Assembly: GCA_963623095.1 (NCBI GenBank)
Contig: CAVFKD010000001.1
Span: 19,204 to 83,203, forward strand
DNA: 64,000 bases
Reading direction: 5' to 3'
DNA from: a bacterium
GTDB lineage: Bacteria > Bacillota_I > Bacilli_A > RFN20 > CAG-449
How positions within the stretch are numbered: position 1 is the first letter of the stretch; each line of letters opens with the position of its first letter. Made by a program: the position numbers and the translations under genes. Under the pieces are notes generated by a model. That model saw only the letters and a list, made by a program, of their open reading frames with translations. It did not search any database and was not told the DNA's origin. Of this stretch, positions 38,703-49,426 are shown in pieces.

Positions 38703-39540
38703 ATGATATTAAATCGAAGTTTGTAACCATTAAGGTTATTAATCCCCCGAGAATTAATAAAATAACAATCGATGAAATACTATCTCTTAATGCCCATTTA
38801 TTAATGCGGTATTTAGTTCTTTTTGCACTTGGATTATATCCGCGAGCTTCCATCGCGTTAGCGAGTTCTTCACTTCTTTGTAACGCGGAAATAAATAAAG
38901 GAATAATCAAAGCTATAATCGCTTTTACTTTTTCTTTAAAATGACCGTTTTGAAAATCAACACCACGGGATGCTTGGGCTTTCATAATTCGATCAGTTTC
39001 TTCTAGTAAAGTAGGAATAAATCTTAATGCTAGAGAAATAGTCATTGCGATTTCATGAACTGGGAATTTAATAACTTTTAAAGGTTTCATTAACCATTCT
39101 AATGCATTAGTTAATTCTAATGGTTTAGTAGTCGCGGTTAATACTAGCGATAAAGAAAGCATAATAATAAGTCTAAATAAAATATAAACAGTATTATATA
39201 TCGCAGAATAATATATCTTCCAACTAGTGTTAAAGAAATTAAAATATCCTAAAGATTCATCACCTGGAACAATGATATTAACAATAAATAAAACTAGCAT
39301 CATAATCCAAATAGCTTTTAATTGAGAAAATAGCATACTCAATTTAATATGAGAAATTCTCATAATAACGTAAATGAAAACAAATAAGATTCCATAAATA
39401 ATAAAATTCATCCAAATACTAGTAAATGAAAAGAAAATGCACACCATCAAAACAATCATCGCAAGAATCTTAAAACGAGGATCTAAACGATGAATTAATG
39501 AATTATAAGGAACATATTTACCAATGGTGATATTTTGCAT
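38683..39540 (-). CDS. ecfT: Energy-coupling factor transporter transmembrane component
   Basis: Polytopic membrane protein in canonical ecfA1-ecfA2-ecfT-truA order. Confidence 0.85.
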   Translation of the reverse strand: MQNITIGKYVPYNSLIHRLDPRFKILAMIVLMVCIFFSFTSIWMNFIIYGILFVFIYVIMRISHIKLSMLFSQLKAIWIMMLVLFIVNIIVPGDESLGYFNFFNTSWKIYYSAIYNTVYILFRLIIMLSLSLVLTATTKPLELTNALEWLMKPLKVIKFPVHEIAMTISLALRFIPTLLEETDRIMKAQASRGVDFQNGHFKEKVKAIIALIIPLFISALQRSEELANAMEARGYNPSAKRTKYRINKWALRDSISSIVILLILGGLITLMVTNFDLISFVQGLF

Positions 39541-39544
39541 TTTA

Positions 39545-40450
39545 CTATTCTCTTTCCTTCAAAATTTCTTGTGCTAAAGTTTTTTCATCAACAACATTTT
39601 TCAAATCAATATGATAACCATTCTTATTTAATTCTTTTGCGAATTTAATACATTTAGGTTCTTCAATTGATAAATTATCTACTAGAGTATCATCTAAGAA
39701 TAATTCATAAGGTTTACATTCTTTAATGATTTCTCCTTTGCTTAATACAGTTACATCTGTCGCATATTTAATAACATTATCCATATCATGAGAGACCATG
39801 ATTAAAGTTGTACCTTGTTTATACAATTTTAAAAATAGGTCCATCATTTCTTTTGAACCGGTAGGATCTAATCCTGCGGTAGGTTCATCAAGAATTAAAA
39901 TATCAGGTTTTAAAGCAATAATACCTGCGATTGCGACTCTTCTTTTTTGTCCTCCAGACAATTCAAAAGGACTTCTTTGATATAAAGCTTCATCAATACC
40001 AACTAAAGTTAATGCTTCAGAAGCTAATTTTAAAGCTTCTTGTTCAGAACAGCCAAAATTCTTTGGTCCAAAAGTTACATCTTTTATAACTGTTTCTTCA
40101 AATAATTGATATTCTGGGAATTGAAAGACTAATCCAACACTCTTTCTTAATGTTTTATAATCTTTGTTTTTCTTATATTCTTCAATATTTTCTTTCTTTA
40201 ACTTTTTTAAAGAAGCTTTCTTATCTTTTTTATTCGCGACAATAAAGCCATTTACATCAACACTTCCTGATGAAGGAATAAGCAATGCGTTAATTTGTTG
40301 AACTAAAGTAGATTTACCACTTCCTGTATGGCCAACTAAAGCCATAAAAGAATGATCTTTTATTTCTAAATTAATATCTTTTAACGCGGTTGTTTCTAAA
40401 GGCATATTAGGTGAATAAACATAATTTACGTGCTTAAAAACTATTGGCAT
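39545..40450 (-). CDS. ecfA2: ECF transporter ATPase EcfA2 (with Lys-rich insertion after Walker A)
   Basis: Walker A GHTGSGKST, signature LSGGQKRR, Walker B ILILDEP. Confidence 0.85.
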   Translation of the reverse strand: MPIVFKHVNYVYSPNMPLETTALKDINLEIKDHSFMALVGHTGSGKSTLVQQINALLIPSSGSVDVNGFIVANKKDKKASLKKLKKENIEEYKKNKDYKTLRKSVGLVFQFPEYQLFEETVIKDVTFGPKNFGCSEQEALKLASEALTLVGIDEALYQRSPFELSGGQKRRVAIAGIIALKPDILILDEPTAGLDPTGSKEMMDLFLKLYKQGTTLIMVSHDMDNVIKYATDVTVLSKGEIIKECKPYELFLDDTLVDNLSIEEPKCIKFAKELNKNGYHIDLKNVVDEKTLAQEILKERE

Positions 40451-41253
40451 AATTCTTTCACCATACTTTCTTCATCATTACTTGATAAAGTAATGCCTAA
40501 TTTTTCTAGTTCATCATATAATTTAAATGAAAAAGGAATATCTAATTTAATTTCTAATAATTTATCTTTATTTTTAAATACTTCATTAGGTGCCCCATTA
40601 AAGATAATTTCACCATCATCAATAACAATAACCCTATCAGAAGAAAATGCTTCTTCAATATCGTGAGTAATAGAAAGAATGGTTAAATCACTTCTTTCTT
40701 TTTTAATCTTCTTAATGACTTGTTTAATTTCACTTTTACCTTTTGGATCAAGCATTGCAGTAGCTTCATCAAAGATAATTAAATCAGGATGCATCGCAAG
40801 AACTCCCGCGATCGCGACACGTTGTTTTTGTCCACCAGATAAAGAAGTAGGTTCTTTATTTAAGAATTCTTCCATTCCGACAATCTTAGAATATTTATTG
40901 ATAATTTCATCCATTTGTTCATGAGGAACTTGATGATTTTCTAATCCAAAAGCAATATCATCCGCGACAGTAGAACCAGTAAATTGGTTATCAGGATTTT
41001 GGAAAACAATTCCTACTTTATTTCTAATAGAATATAAATTTTCTTCATTTAATACTTCATCAAAAACTTTAATGGTTCCTTTTTGTGCTTCAAGTAAACC
41101 GATAATAAGTTTTGCAAGAGTAGATTTTCCTGAACCATTATGGCCAATAATAGCCACATATTCTCCTTTATCAACGTCAAAAGAAAGGTCGTTAAAGACC
41201 TTTGTTTCTTTGTCATATCTAAATTTTAAATGTTCTACTTCTAAAGCTTTCAT
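40441..41253 (-). CDS. ecfA1: ECF transporter ATPase EcfA1
   Basis: Walker A GHNGSGKST, LSGGQKQR, IIFDEAT. Confidence 0.85.
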   Translation of the reverse strand: MKALEVEHLKFRYDKETKVFNDLSFDVDKGEYVAIIGHNGSGKSTLAKLIIGLLEAQKGTIKVFDEVLNEENLYSIRNKVGIVFQNPDNQFTGSTVADDIAFGLENHQVPHEQMDEIINKYSKIVGMEEFLNKEPTSLSGGQKQRVAIAGVLAMHPDLIIFDEATAMLDPKGKSEIKQVIKKIKKERSDLTILSITHDIEEAFSSDRVIVIDDGEIIFNGAPNEVFKNKDKLLEIKLDIPFSFKLYDELEKLGITLSSNDEESMVKELCQ

Positions 41254-41499
41254 CTATTTATTTTCATTCCTTTGTTTGTCTCTTCTAAAAACAATATAGA
41301 AGAATAACCAATAACAAATTGTAAATACAAGTAATACTACTCCAGCGATAATATATCCTGAAGAATTGTCTCCGAATATCTTACCTCCGTAAGTAACACC
41401 TGCGAGTATAGATAATAACATAAAATAAATAACAATAGTAATAACTATTCTATTTCTTCTAATTCTTTTTCTTTTTGCTTTTTCTAATCCGTTATCCAT
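41254..41499 (-). CDS. Hypothetical small membrane protein (81 aa, 2 TM)
   Basis: ORF directly upstream of ecfA1, basic N-terminus then two hydrophobic helices. Weak. Confidence 0.3.
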   Translation of the reverse strand: MDNGLEKAKRKRIRRNRIVITIVIYFMLLSILAGVTYGGKIFGDNSSGYIIAGVVLLVFTICYWLFFYIVFRRDKQRNENK

Positions 41500-41502
41500 A
41501 AT

Positions 41503-41982
41503 CTATTTAAACTCTATAAATGGAGTTTTCCCTTCATATTTTCTATATTTAACACCTGTCATATCAAACATCTTCTTACTTGCGATGATTGATGGAGTAT
41601 TCGCGTATTTATCATCCATGTAAATGACTTCTTTAATTCCTGATTGAATAATTGCTTTCGCACATTCATTACATGGGAATAAAGTAACATAGATTCGACC
41701 ATTTTCTAATGATCCTGTCGCGTTTAATATCGCATTGAATTCTGCATGACATACGTATAAATATTTAGTTTCTAAAGCATCGCCTTCACGATCCCAAGGC
41801 ATATCATCATCCTTACAACCAATTGGCATACCATTATATCCCATAGTTAAAACCTTATTTTTATCTGATGCGACTAACGCACCTACTTGAGTGGAAGGAT
41901 CTTTACTTCTTAAACCAGTAAGTTTCGCAACACCCATAAAATATTCATCCCAACTAATATAATCTTTTCTTTGTCCTGCCAT
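41503..41982 (-). CDS. dCMP deaminase (ComEB-like cytidine/deoxycytidylate deaminase)
   Basis: Zinc-binding motifs HAEFNAI and PCNECAKAI. Confidence 0.85.
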   Translation of the reverse strand: MAGQRKDYISWDEYFMGVAKLTGLRSKDPSTQVGALVASDKNKVLTMGYNGMPIGCKDDDMPWDREGDALETKYLYVCHAEFNAILNATGSLENGRIYVTLFPCNECAKAIIQSGIKEVIYMDDKYANTPSIIASKKMFDMTGVKYRKYEGKTPFIEFK

Positions 41983-42100
41983 AGAATCACCACCTATTAA
42001 TTAAATTATATATAATTTAAACATATTTTTTAAATAAAAGAATATATTTATTTTAAAATAAATAAATATAAAATATAATTTCACTAAGGAGATATCTATT

Positions 42101-42811
42101 ATGGGTGAAAACATAATTACAATACGTAATCTTACTAAAATTTATTCCGGTAATTCCTTTCCTAGTTTATTAAATATTGATTTAGATTTATCAACAGGAC
42201 AAATAGTTGGCTTACTTGGTCCAAATGGTTCAGGAAAAACTACCCTAATTAAAATTTTAAATGGATTATTAAGATCATATACTGGTGAAGTATATATTGA
42301 TGGTCATGAACCATCCGCGTATACTAAATCAATCGTTTCTTATTTACCAGATTCAACTTATTTAGATCAAAATCACACTGTCGAACAAGTAATAAAAATG
42401 TTTAAAGATTTGTACGCAGATTTCAAAGAAGAAAAGATGATGGAACTACTCACCAAATTTAGAATTGAGCCAAAAGCTAAAATTAAAACTCTATCTAAAG
42501 GTAATAAAGAAAAAGTCCAATTAGGTCTTGTATTATCACGTGAGGCAAAAATATATATTCTTGATGAACCAATCGGAGGAGTTGATCCTGCGACTAGAGA
42601 TTACATCATCAATGTTATTATTAATAGTTACAATAAAGATGCATTAGTTATAATCGCAACTCACTTAATTGAAGAAATTGAATCTATTTGTAAAACAGTT
42701 ATCTTCTTAAAAGAAGGTCGTATTATTCGAGTTGGAGATAAAGATCAATTAATCAAGCAACACGATAAATCCATCAATGAATTATTCAAGGAGGATTTTA
42801 AATGTTTCTAA
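42101..42811 (+). CDS. ABC transporter ATP-binding protein
   Basis: Walker A GPNGSGKTT, signature LSKGNKEKV, Walker B ILDEP. Confidence 0.85.
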   Translation: MGENIITIRNLTKIYSGNSFPSLLNIDLDLSTGQIVGLLGPNGSGKTTLIKILNGLLRSYTGEVYIDGHEPSAYTKSIVSYLPDSTYLDQNHTVEQVIKMFKDLYADFKEEKMMELLTKFRIEPKAKIKTLSKGNKEKVQLGLVLSREAKIYILDEPIGGVDPATRDYIINVIINSYNKDALVIIATHLIEEIESICKTVIFLKEGRIIRVGDKDQLIKQHDKSINELFKEDFKCF

Positions 42812-43620
42812 AATTATTAAAACACGATTTAATCTCCTTAAAAAACTCTTTCTTTATTTTATTTATTATTACTGTCTGTGTCGCAGTAATTGCCCCATTT
42901 CTAGTTTATAGTCTTTATAAATATTCTATAACAGGAGAAGAAGGATTAGGAATAGCTTATTTATTAATATTTGGTATTTATTCATTAGTATTATTATTTG
43001 TTGGTATTGTCGTAATATTATTCTTGATCAATGCCGTAAGATTCTTTAAAAATAGTTTCTTTTCTTCTCAAGGATATTTAACTTTAACTCTTCCTATTTC
43101 AACCACAAAAAATGTTTTATCTAAATTACTCGCGATTGTTATTTGGGCTTTAGCCTTTTTGTTAGTCGCATGTATAAGTTTCTTTATATCAATGATTATA
43201 TTAAATGTCTTACTTGTGAATGATTCTTCTTCAGATATTAGTGTATGGGAATCTATTCAACAAATGTTCATAGATATGTTTGATAATTCATATTTTGAAG
43301 GCGCTACTGCCTCAAGTATTATTGCATTTATTTTAAGAATATTTAATCTAATTATCTCACCTATATTAACATTATCATTGATGTTATTTATTATCACTTT
43401 AGGTAATATAAAGCCATTTAAAAAGCATTCAGTATTAGCGAGTATACTATTCGCGATAGTCATATATTTCGCAATATCTATAGGTTCTACCAATATCGCA
43501 ACATATATAGAAGATGGCATTGTTGAAAACGTTGTTATCTTATTATTAGAAACAGCATTAACAATTCTAAGCGTATTTGGTATTGTTAAATTAATCGATC
43601 ACAAAGTTGAAATTTCTTAA
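42802..43620 (+). CDS. ABC-2 type transporter permease (6 TM, function unknown)
   Basis: Translationally coupled to ATPase. Hydrophobic profile. Confidence 0.55.
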   Translation: MFLKLLKHDLISLKNSFFILFIITVCVAVIAPFLVYSLYKYSITGEEGLGIAYLLIFGIYSLVLLFVGIVVILFLINAVRFFKNSFFSSQGYLTLTLPISTTKNVLSKLLAIVIWALAFLLVACISFFISMIILNVLLVNDSSSDISVWESIQQMFIDMFDNSYFEGATASSIIAFILRIFNLIISPILTLSLMLFIITLGNIKPFKKHSVLASILFAIVIYFAISIGSTNIATYIEDGIVENVVILLLETALTILSVFGIVKLIDHKVEIS

Positions 43621-43625
43621 GCAAA

Positions 43626-43660
43626 CAAAAAGATTATCGGAGACCGATAATCTTTTTTTG
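43626..43660. terminator. Bidirectional terminator (AGATTATCGG-agac-CGATAATCT with A5/T6 runs)
   Basis: 9-10 bp stem between convergent genes. Confidence 0.7.
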
Positions 43661-43670
43661 CTTGATTTAA

Positions 43671-44156
43671 TTATTTTGAATATGAAACTTTTATTTCGAC
43701 AGATTCTTCAGCAAGAATTGCATTTAAATATGTTAATAAACCATTTTCATTCCAAGTATAATGACCTGTTGCAATTTCGCTTGAATTTGAAGGATTTGTT
43801 GCAGTTTCTTTGATTTCAAAACCACTACCTGCGTAATATTCATCGCCATCAATTTCACTTACACAGAAGTAATTTAATTTAAATTCATTAATCATTTCTG
43901 AATAAAGACTATCAGTAACGCTTTTTGTCGTTAAAGTTCTATCACTCTTTACAGTTGCTTCACAATCAACACTTAATGTTGTTCCACCGATTTTTGCGTT
44001 ACCAGTGATTTTTGCTGTTTTGTATTCAACAGTTGTTTTTAAAGCTTCTTCAGCTTTTGTTTTGAATGTAGCGAAATCAACTTTTGAGTTACCACATCCT
44101 ACGAATGTTACTGCACATAATGATAATAATGCAGCATTTCTAAATAATTTTTTCAT
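43671..44156 (-). CDS. Hypothetical lipoprotein (161 aa)
   Basis: Signal peptide + lipobox FVGC. Confidence 0.45.
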   Translation of the reverse strand: MKKLFRNAALLSLCAVTFVGCGNSKVDFATFKTKAEEALKTTVEYKTAKITGNAKIGGTTLSVDCEATVKSDRTLTTKSVTDSLYSEMINEFKLNYFCVSEIDGDEYYAGSGFEIKETATNPSNSSEIATGHYTWNENGLLTYLNAILAEESVEIKVSYSK

Positions 44157-44242
44157 TTATATAATTCCCTTCCATTATATGACATTACGTCTATATAACT
44201 TGTATACATTATACTATATTTGATACAGGTGTAAACATTTTT

Positions 44243-44286
44243 AAAATTAAAAATCTCTAGATAAACTTAAAATTTACCTAGAGATA
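44243..44286 (-). terminator. Intrinsic terminator after GT28-like gene (ATCTCTAG...CTAGAGAT + U-tract on minus)
   Basis: 8-bp stem with a 17-nt loop. A-run on plus 5' side. Confidence 0.5.
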
Positions 44287-44295
44287 TTAAATATC

Positions 44296-45732
44296 TTATT
44301 TTTTAGTCGCAAGTTTTACGCATTCATAAGCTCCATTATATAAGCCCATTTTATTTAAACGTAAAATTTGTTCATTCATATTTTTTAATAATGCCTTATC
44401 GTAGATGAAATCATCTAACATTGCATTCATCTTCTTAGTTGTATCGCATTCATAAGTTGCATCACCAATTTCTTTTCCATAATATGCAGAGAATACTTCA
44501 TGTCCTCCAATATGTCTCATAAAGATTTTAGGAATTGGATAGAATACTAATTCACTTGGTTTAGTAATTAATAAATCACATTTTCTCATTAATAAGTTTG
44601 TAGAATAAACCGCAGGGAAGATGTCTTTATGGAAGATGTTATATACACCTTTAATTTCATTTTCATTCATCGAAGAAACAAAGGTTTTAAATTCATCATA
44701 TTTATCAAAATAAGTTGGATAATCTTTATAATCCTTAATTTCTTTACAAAGATATTCATAAACTTTTAAATGATCACCAAAGTTAATAAATAAAGCAACT
44801 TTATTTTCTTTAACATATGGAAGAAGATGTTTTAATATCTCCATAAATTGTTTTTGACCTGCGCCAGCACCACCAACTGTTAAAAGGATTCTAATAGGTT
44901 TATTATTTTCTAAACGTTTAATTCTTTGTTCAGTATCACTTTCTAAGTTAGAAACAATTTCATGATCAACATAATGACCTACGTATTTAATTTGATCATC
45001 AGGGATATGTTTTAAATTTCTCTTTTTATCAAATCCATCAAGTCTCTTATAACCATAATATCCAAATGATGTTTGAACAGTATGAATTGCTCCTTCTGAT
45101 AGATGTAAAGCCATAGGCCAGTTATCAGGAATTGCGTTAACTACGTGAGTCATACCAGCATGAATCGCCCCTTGTGAAGGCCAAGCATGCGTTGCGATAT
45201 AAGGAGTATCTTTTGGAATATTTCTAAATATTGGAGTTAATAATTCAGCGTTTCTTTGATCTCCTGGATTATAAACGAGTTGTTTAAATACATCTCTATT
45301 AAATACTTCCCAAACAAAATGATTAAATAATTTAGATTTTTGGGAAATTCTTGAACCTAATGAATATAAATCATTTTGGGCTCTAATGACTTTAGAACCT
45401 GTCGCATCAAAAGAAGCTAAATCAAGCCATAAAGGTTCATATCCCATTGCTTTAGCGCAGCTTGCCATTGCGATAGATATTCTATAATGACCAAAGCCCA
45501 TTCTGATATTTCCAACAATTAAACCATTTTTTGGAAATTCTTCATTTTTATCTTTAACGACAATATTTTGTGCATTAATAAAATCTAATGATTCAATCTT
45601 TTCAAATCCTAATTTGTAATCAACGGAAGAATCATCACCAAATTTCTTAATATATTTTTTCTTATTTTTATTAGCTTTTTTTACTGTTTTCTTAGGTATT
45701 TGATTACCGAAAACAACACTAGACTTATCCAT
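44296..45732 (-). CDS. GT-B glycosyltransferase of the MGDG-synthase/UgtP (GT28) type with Lys-rich N-terminal extension
   Basis: N-domain G-loop GNIRMGFGHYRISIAMA. C-domain ILLTVGGAGAGQ and LLITKP motifs resembling UgtP/MurG. Start moved to the internal Met (MDKSS...) after RBS AAAGGAG. Confidence 0.5.
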   Translation of the reverse strand: MDKSSVVFGNQIPKKTVKKANKNKKKYIKKFGDDSSVDYKLGFEKIESLDFINAQNIVVKDKNEEFPKNGLIVGNIRMGFGHYRISIAMASCAKAMGYEPLWLDLASFDATGSKVIRAQNDLYSLGSRISQKSKLFNHFVWEVFNRDVFKQLVYNPGDQRNAELLTPIFRNIPKDTPYIATHAWPSQGAIHAGMTHVVNAIPDNWPMALHLSEGAIHTVQTSFGYYGYKRLDGFDKKRNLKHIPDDQIKYVGHYVDHEIVSNLESDTEQRIKRLENNKPIRILLTVGGAGAGQKQFMEILKHLLPYVKENKVALFINFGDHLKVYEYLCKEIKDYKDYPTYFDKYDEFKTFVSSMNENEIKGVYNIFHKDIFPAVYSTNLLMRKCDLLITKPSELVFYPIPKIFMRHIGGHEVFSAYYGKEIGDATYECDTTKKMNAMLDDFIYDKALLKNMNEQILRLNKMGLYNGAYECVKLATKK

Positions 45733-47347
45733 TAATAAGTTCTCCTTTCTTAGGGTCATAAACTAGCTTATTTTCCACCCCATCAAGTTTATAAACAATA
45801 GTTACATTATCATTTGAAGTTATAATATTAGTTATAACTGCATTTGATAATTTTTGTGCTTCTAGTAATAATTGTTTTTTATTTGTATCATAGTTAGAAA
45901 CATTATCACTAGTTAAATATAAAGCACCGCATAAATGATTAATCTTAATTAATGCTTCTTTTTGTTTATCATTTAAATAGATATTATCATCTCTTAATAA
46001 ATAAACATCTGGATCATTTCTAAAGACATATCTATCCATTGGATAACGATAAATAGTATCTAGTAATGTATGCTTAGTTGAATTTCTTTCACGATGGGCA
46101 AGTACCATATAAAATTCATCATCAAATTTTAAAGATACATCGCATCCTACTCGGCAATAATCAACTTTATTAAATGCATTTTCTAAAGGAACACCACATC
46201 CTAAAATTAATTTATCTTTAAGTATATCTCTTAAAAATGTCATCATTTCACTCATTACTTGGCATCTAGTTTTATTTGGAACTTTAACTAAATTAACCGC
46301 GTATAAGAAGTCTAGTTTAAAAAAATCAAATCCTAAATCAATATAGTAATTCAAACATTCTTTAATATAATCAAGTACTTCTTTTTTTCTAATATCTAAA
46401 GATAATTGATGTGACCAGTTACCTCCAGCATATACAGGTTTATTATTTTCATCATGATAAACCCAATCTGGATGTTCTTTATATATATTTGAATCTTGTT
46501 CAACTACAAAAGGTGCGAGCCATATACCAGAAAGAAGTTGTTTATTATGGATTTCATCAACAAGAGGTTTTAATCCATGTGGGAATTTATTTTGGTCAAT
46601 ATTAAGCCAATCACCAACTTTGAATTCAAATCCATCATCAATTTGAAATAAATCATAATTAGAAGAATCAATACCTTCTAAAGCTTTATAAATCTTTTCT
46701 TCATTAATATCTTGATAATGATTATACCAAGAAGTATATCCTTTTAATTTTGGTTTAGAACTTGTTCCAAGTGAACTAAAATATAATTTTTGTGTTTCTA
46801 AGATGTTACCTTCTAAATAAGCATAATCAAGCAAGACAAATTCATTCTTATCAACAAGTTTTCTTTCACAATCACTTTCTAGAATAATTTGATTTCTTTT
46901 AACATCGTAATTTATCACTAAATACGCATTCTTTTCATTATATGATCCATATAAATAAATATTATCTTTTCTTCTTAAATAAGCATATGTATAGCCATGA
47001 AGAACATGTTTTTTAGTTTTTCTAAAAGTATAATCACCATATGCATCAAATTTATATTTGTTAGTCATATAATGACCAAATCTAATTTTATGAAGAGATT
47101 CATTAATATTAAATTCACGGCTGTCTGTCCAAGATTGGTATCCATTAACAAATACTTTATCATCTTTTAAATAATGAAATTCTTGATATAATTTAAAACT
47201 CTTTAATGTAATTGCTTCTTTAGAAGTAATTTTATAAGTAAAACGTTTACCTTGTTTTAAACAAGTTATTTGATAATCACTATTTTTAAATTCATGAGAT
47301 TTAATAAGTTTTCCATTCTTATAATAACTAATTTCCATTAGTTTCAT
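45725..47347 (-). CDS. Glycoside hydrolase family 36-like (alpha-galactosidase/melibiase-type), short form
   Basis: GH36 catalytic-domain motif FQIDDGF...GDW...KFPHGLKPLVDEIH...GIWLAPF and KLDF nucleophile region. Confidence 0.6.
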   Translation of the reverse strand: MKLMEISYYKNGKLIKSHEFKNSDYQITCLKQGKRFTYKITSKEAITLKSFKLYQEFHYLKDDKVFVNGYQSWTDSREFNINESLHKIRFGHYMTNKYKFDAYGDYTFRKTKKHVLHGYTYAYLRRKDNIYLYGSYNEKNAYLVINYDVKRNQIILESDCERKLVDKNEFVLLDYAYLEGNILETQKLYFSSLGTSSKPKLKGYTSWYNHYQDINEEKIYKALEGIDSSNYDLFQIDDGFEFKVGDWLNIDQNKFPHGLKPLVDEIHNKQLLSGIWLAPFVVEQDSNIYKEHPDWVYHDENNKPVYAGGNWSHQLSLDIRKKEVLDYIKECLNYYIDLGFDFFKLDFLYAVNLVKVPNKTRCQVMSEMMTFLRDILKDKLILGCGVPLENAFNKVDYCRVGCDVSLKFDDEFYMVLAHRERNSTKHTLLDTIYRYPMDRYVFRNDPDVYLLRDDNIYLNDKQKEALIKINHLCGALYLTSDNVSNYDTNKKQLLLEAQKLSNAVITNIITSNDNVTIVYKLDGVENKLVYDPKKGELING

Positions 47348-47358
47348 ATAATCACCTA

Positions 47359-48774
47359 TTAATCATTATTTGCTTCAGTTGAAGCATCAGTTTTATTTTC
47401 TTCGATTGTTTTCATGACACCTTTTTCATCATAGAAGAATAAGATGACCGCGCCTAAAGTGCAACAGATAATCGCGACAATCGCGACAATTCTTAAACCT
47501 AATTCTGATGCAGTTAAATCGTTAGATGTTAAATCTTGGCTTGAGCCAATAATCGCAAGAGATGTGAAAGCAAGCATCGCAACAGATTGACCAAGTTTCA
47601 TCGCGAAAGTTCTCGCTGCAAAAAACATACCTTCTCTTTTTTCACCAGTTTTAATTGAATCTTCTTCTGCGACATCCGCGACAATTGCTTGAGGAATAAT
47701 ACCAAGTAATGACATTGGGAAAGCTGCGATAATAACAATTAATACACCAAATACCATGCCAGGAAGAGGTATAACACCAATTAATGCAGTAACAACATAC
47801 GCTAAAGCAAGACCTAAGAAACCTGCACATACTAATTTACGTTTACCAAATTTAACAACTAATTTACTAACAACTGGATAGAAGCAAGCGCTTAATACAG
47901 TCATCGCACCTAAGAATACTGTTGTATAGAATTCATCTAATCCCATTGATACTTTAACAAAGAATGGTAAACCTGTTTGGAATAAAGTTAAACCAATCCA
48001 ATAAGCGATATCAGAACCAACAAAGATTCTAAATTGTTTATTTTTAAAAGTTGCGACTAATGATTTAGTTGTTGATACTTCTGATGGTTTTGCATCAACG
48101 AATTCTTTTTCATTTAATTTTAATGCTGGAATTAACATCATAATACAAGCAATAATTGCTAAAACGATGAAACAAATACGATAAGACCAATCAAATGTAA
48201 CAACATTTCTTAATACACCTGCGAATACGAAAGGCATATAAGCTAACATTGTACCTGCGAAATATGTTAAAGAAATCGCAGTTGAAATATACATTCTATC
48301 ATCTTGAGTTTTACCAAATTCAGAAATTAAAGCATTGTAAGGTGTACAATAAATTGTCATAAATAAATAATATAAGACAAGGAATACACTAATCCAAGCT
48401 ACGTTCCATCCAGAAATCATTGATACAGGTGCACAGAATACTAATACTGTAATGATTGATAAAGGAATCGCTGCGAACTTCATAAATGGAATTCTTCTAC
48501 CTTTTGGATTTTTAGATTTATCTGATAAAGTTGCAATAATAGGATCTGTAACTGCATCAAAGATTCTACATCCGAATGTAATTAATCCTAAAATTGTTAA
48601 TACACCAAATATAACTAAACCTGGAGTAATATATTGAACTGCTCCACTTGCAATATCACTTTGTGTAGGTAAATAGAAAGTGACAAGCCATGCGTTAATA
48701 ACGCCACTTAGAATTGACCAACCTAATTGGCCAAGAGCAAATATCCACATTTGCTTTTTTGTTAATCTTTTCAT
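47359..48774 (-). CDS. Glycoside-pentoside-hexuronide (GPH):cation symporter family MFS transporter
   Basis: 12 TM, N-terminal GPH signature (LGQLGWSILSG...TFYL). RBS AGGAGG. Confidence 0.8.
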   Translation of the reverse strand: MKRLTKKQMWIFALGQLGWSILSGVINAWLVTFYLPTQSDIASGAVQYITPGLVIFGVLTILGLITFGCRIFDAVTDPIIATLSDKSKNPKGRRIPFMKFAAIPLSIITVLVFCAPVSMISGWNVAWISVFLVLYYLFMTIYCTPYNALISEFGKTQDDRMYISTAISLTYFAGTMLAYMPFVFAGVLRNVVTFDWSYRICFIVLAIIACIMMLIPALKLNEKEFVDAKPSEVSTTKSLVATFKNKQFRIFVGSDIAYWIGLTLFQTGLPFFVKVSMGLDEFYTTVFLGAMTVLSACFYPVVSKLVVKFGKRKLVCAGFLGLALAYVVTALIGVIPLPGMVFGVLIVIIAAFPMSLLGIIPQAIVADVAEEDSIKTGEKREGMFFAARTFAMKLGQSVAMLAFTSLAIIGSSQDLTSNDLTASELGLRIVAIVAIICCTLGAVILFFYDEKGVMKTIEENKTDASTEANND

Positions 48775-48799
48775 AACGTCCTCCTTTTTTATATGAAAA

Positions 48800-49408
48800 T
48801 TATTTTTTTATTCTAAATAGAAATAACTCAATTAAGGTTTCAATTTCTCCTTCTTTAGAAGATAATGAATCTTCTTGAAGAATATTCTCTACCGCGAGTT
48901 TTTTACAAAATGATAATAAGGCAATTGATGTTGTTCGATAATATATATCCATTGATATATCTTCTTTAATTGAATTATCATTTATACCCTTTTTAAAATA
49001 CTTATAAAATACTTCTTTAAACAAATTAACATTATCATTATAAGTTTCTAAGTTAATACCTATTTCATTATGAATATAAGCATCTAATGAATAAACGAAT
49101 GAATAATAATCTTTATCTTCTTTAAATACTTTTAAGTAAGCTAAATAGAATTCTTTAATATTTTCAAATCCAGTCTTTGATTCATCAAATGTAAAATACT
49201 TCTCTAAGATATTTTTTGATAAAGCTTCTGCCACTTTAATAACTAAATTTTGTTTCTTACCAAAATATCGATATAAAGTAGCTTCACCAATACCAATATA
49301 TGAAGCGATATCACTCATAGTTACATTTGATATTGATTTTTCTAAAAATAATTTAGTTGCTTCATTTAAAATAAAACTTTGTTGCGCTTCTTTTAATTTA
49401 CTAGTCAT
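48800..49408 (-). CDS. TetR/AcrR family transcriptional regulator
   Basis: HTH MSDIASYIGIGEATLYRYF. The track start is TTG. Real start is likely the internal ATG (MTSKL...) preceded by AAAGGAGGG. Confidence 0.8.
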   Translation of the reverse strand: MTSKLKEAQQSFILNEATKLFLEKSISNVTMSDIASYIGIGEATLYRYFGKKQNLVIKVAEALSKNILEKYFTFDESKTGFENIKEFYLAYLKVFKEDKDYYSFVYSLDAYIHNEIGINLETYNDNVNLFKEVFYKYFKKGINDNSIKEDISMDIYYRTTSIALLSFCKKLAVENILQEDSLSSKEGEIETLIELFLFRIKK

Positions 49409-49426
49409 ATGCCCTCCTTTCATTTT

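Noticed and set aside
39545-40450. Lys-rich ~35-aa insertion after Walker A in EcfA2 as a possible domain fusion
   Set aside because: Variable-length basic inserts at this position are common in EcfA' proteins. All ATPase motifs are contiguous and intact.
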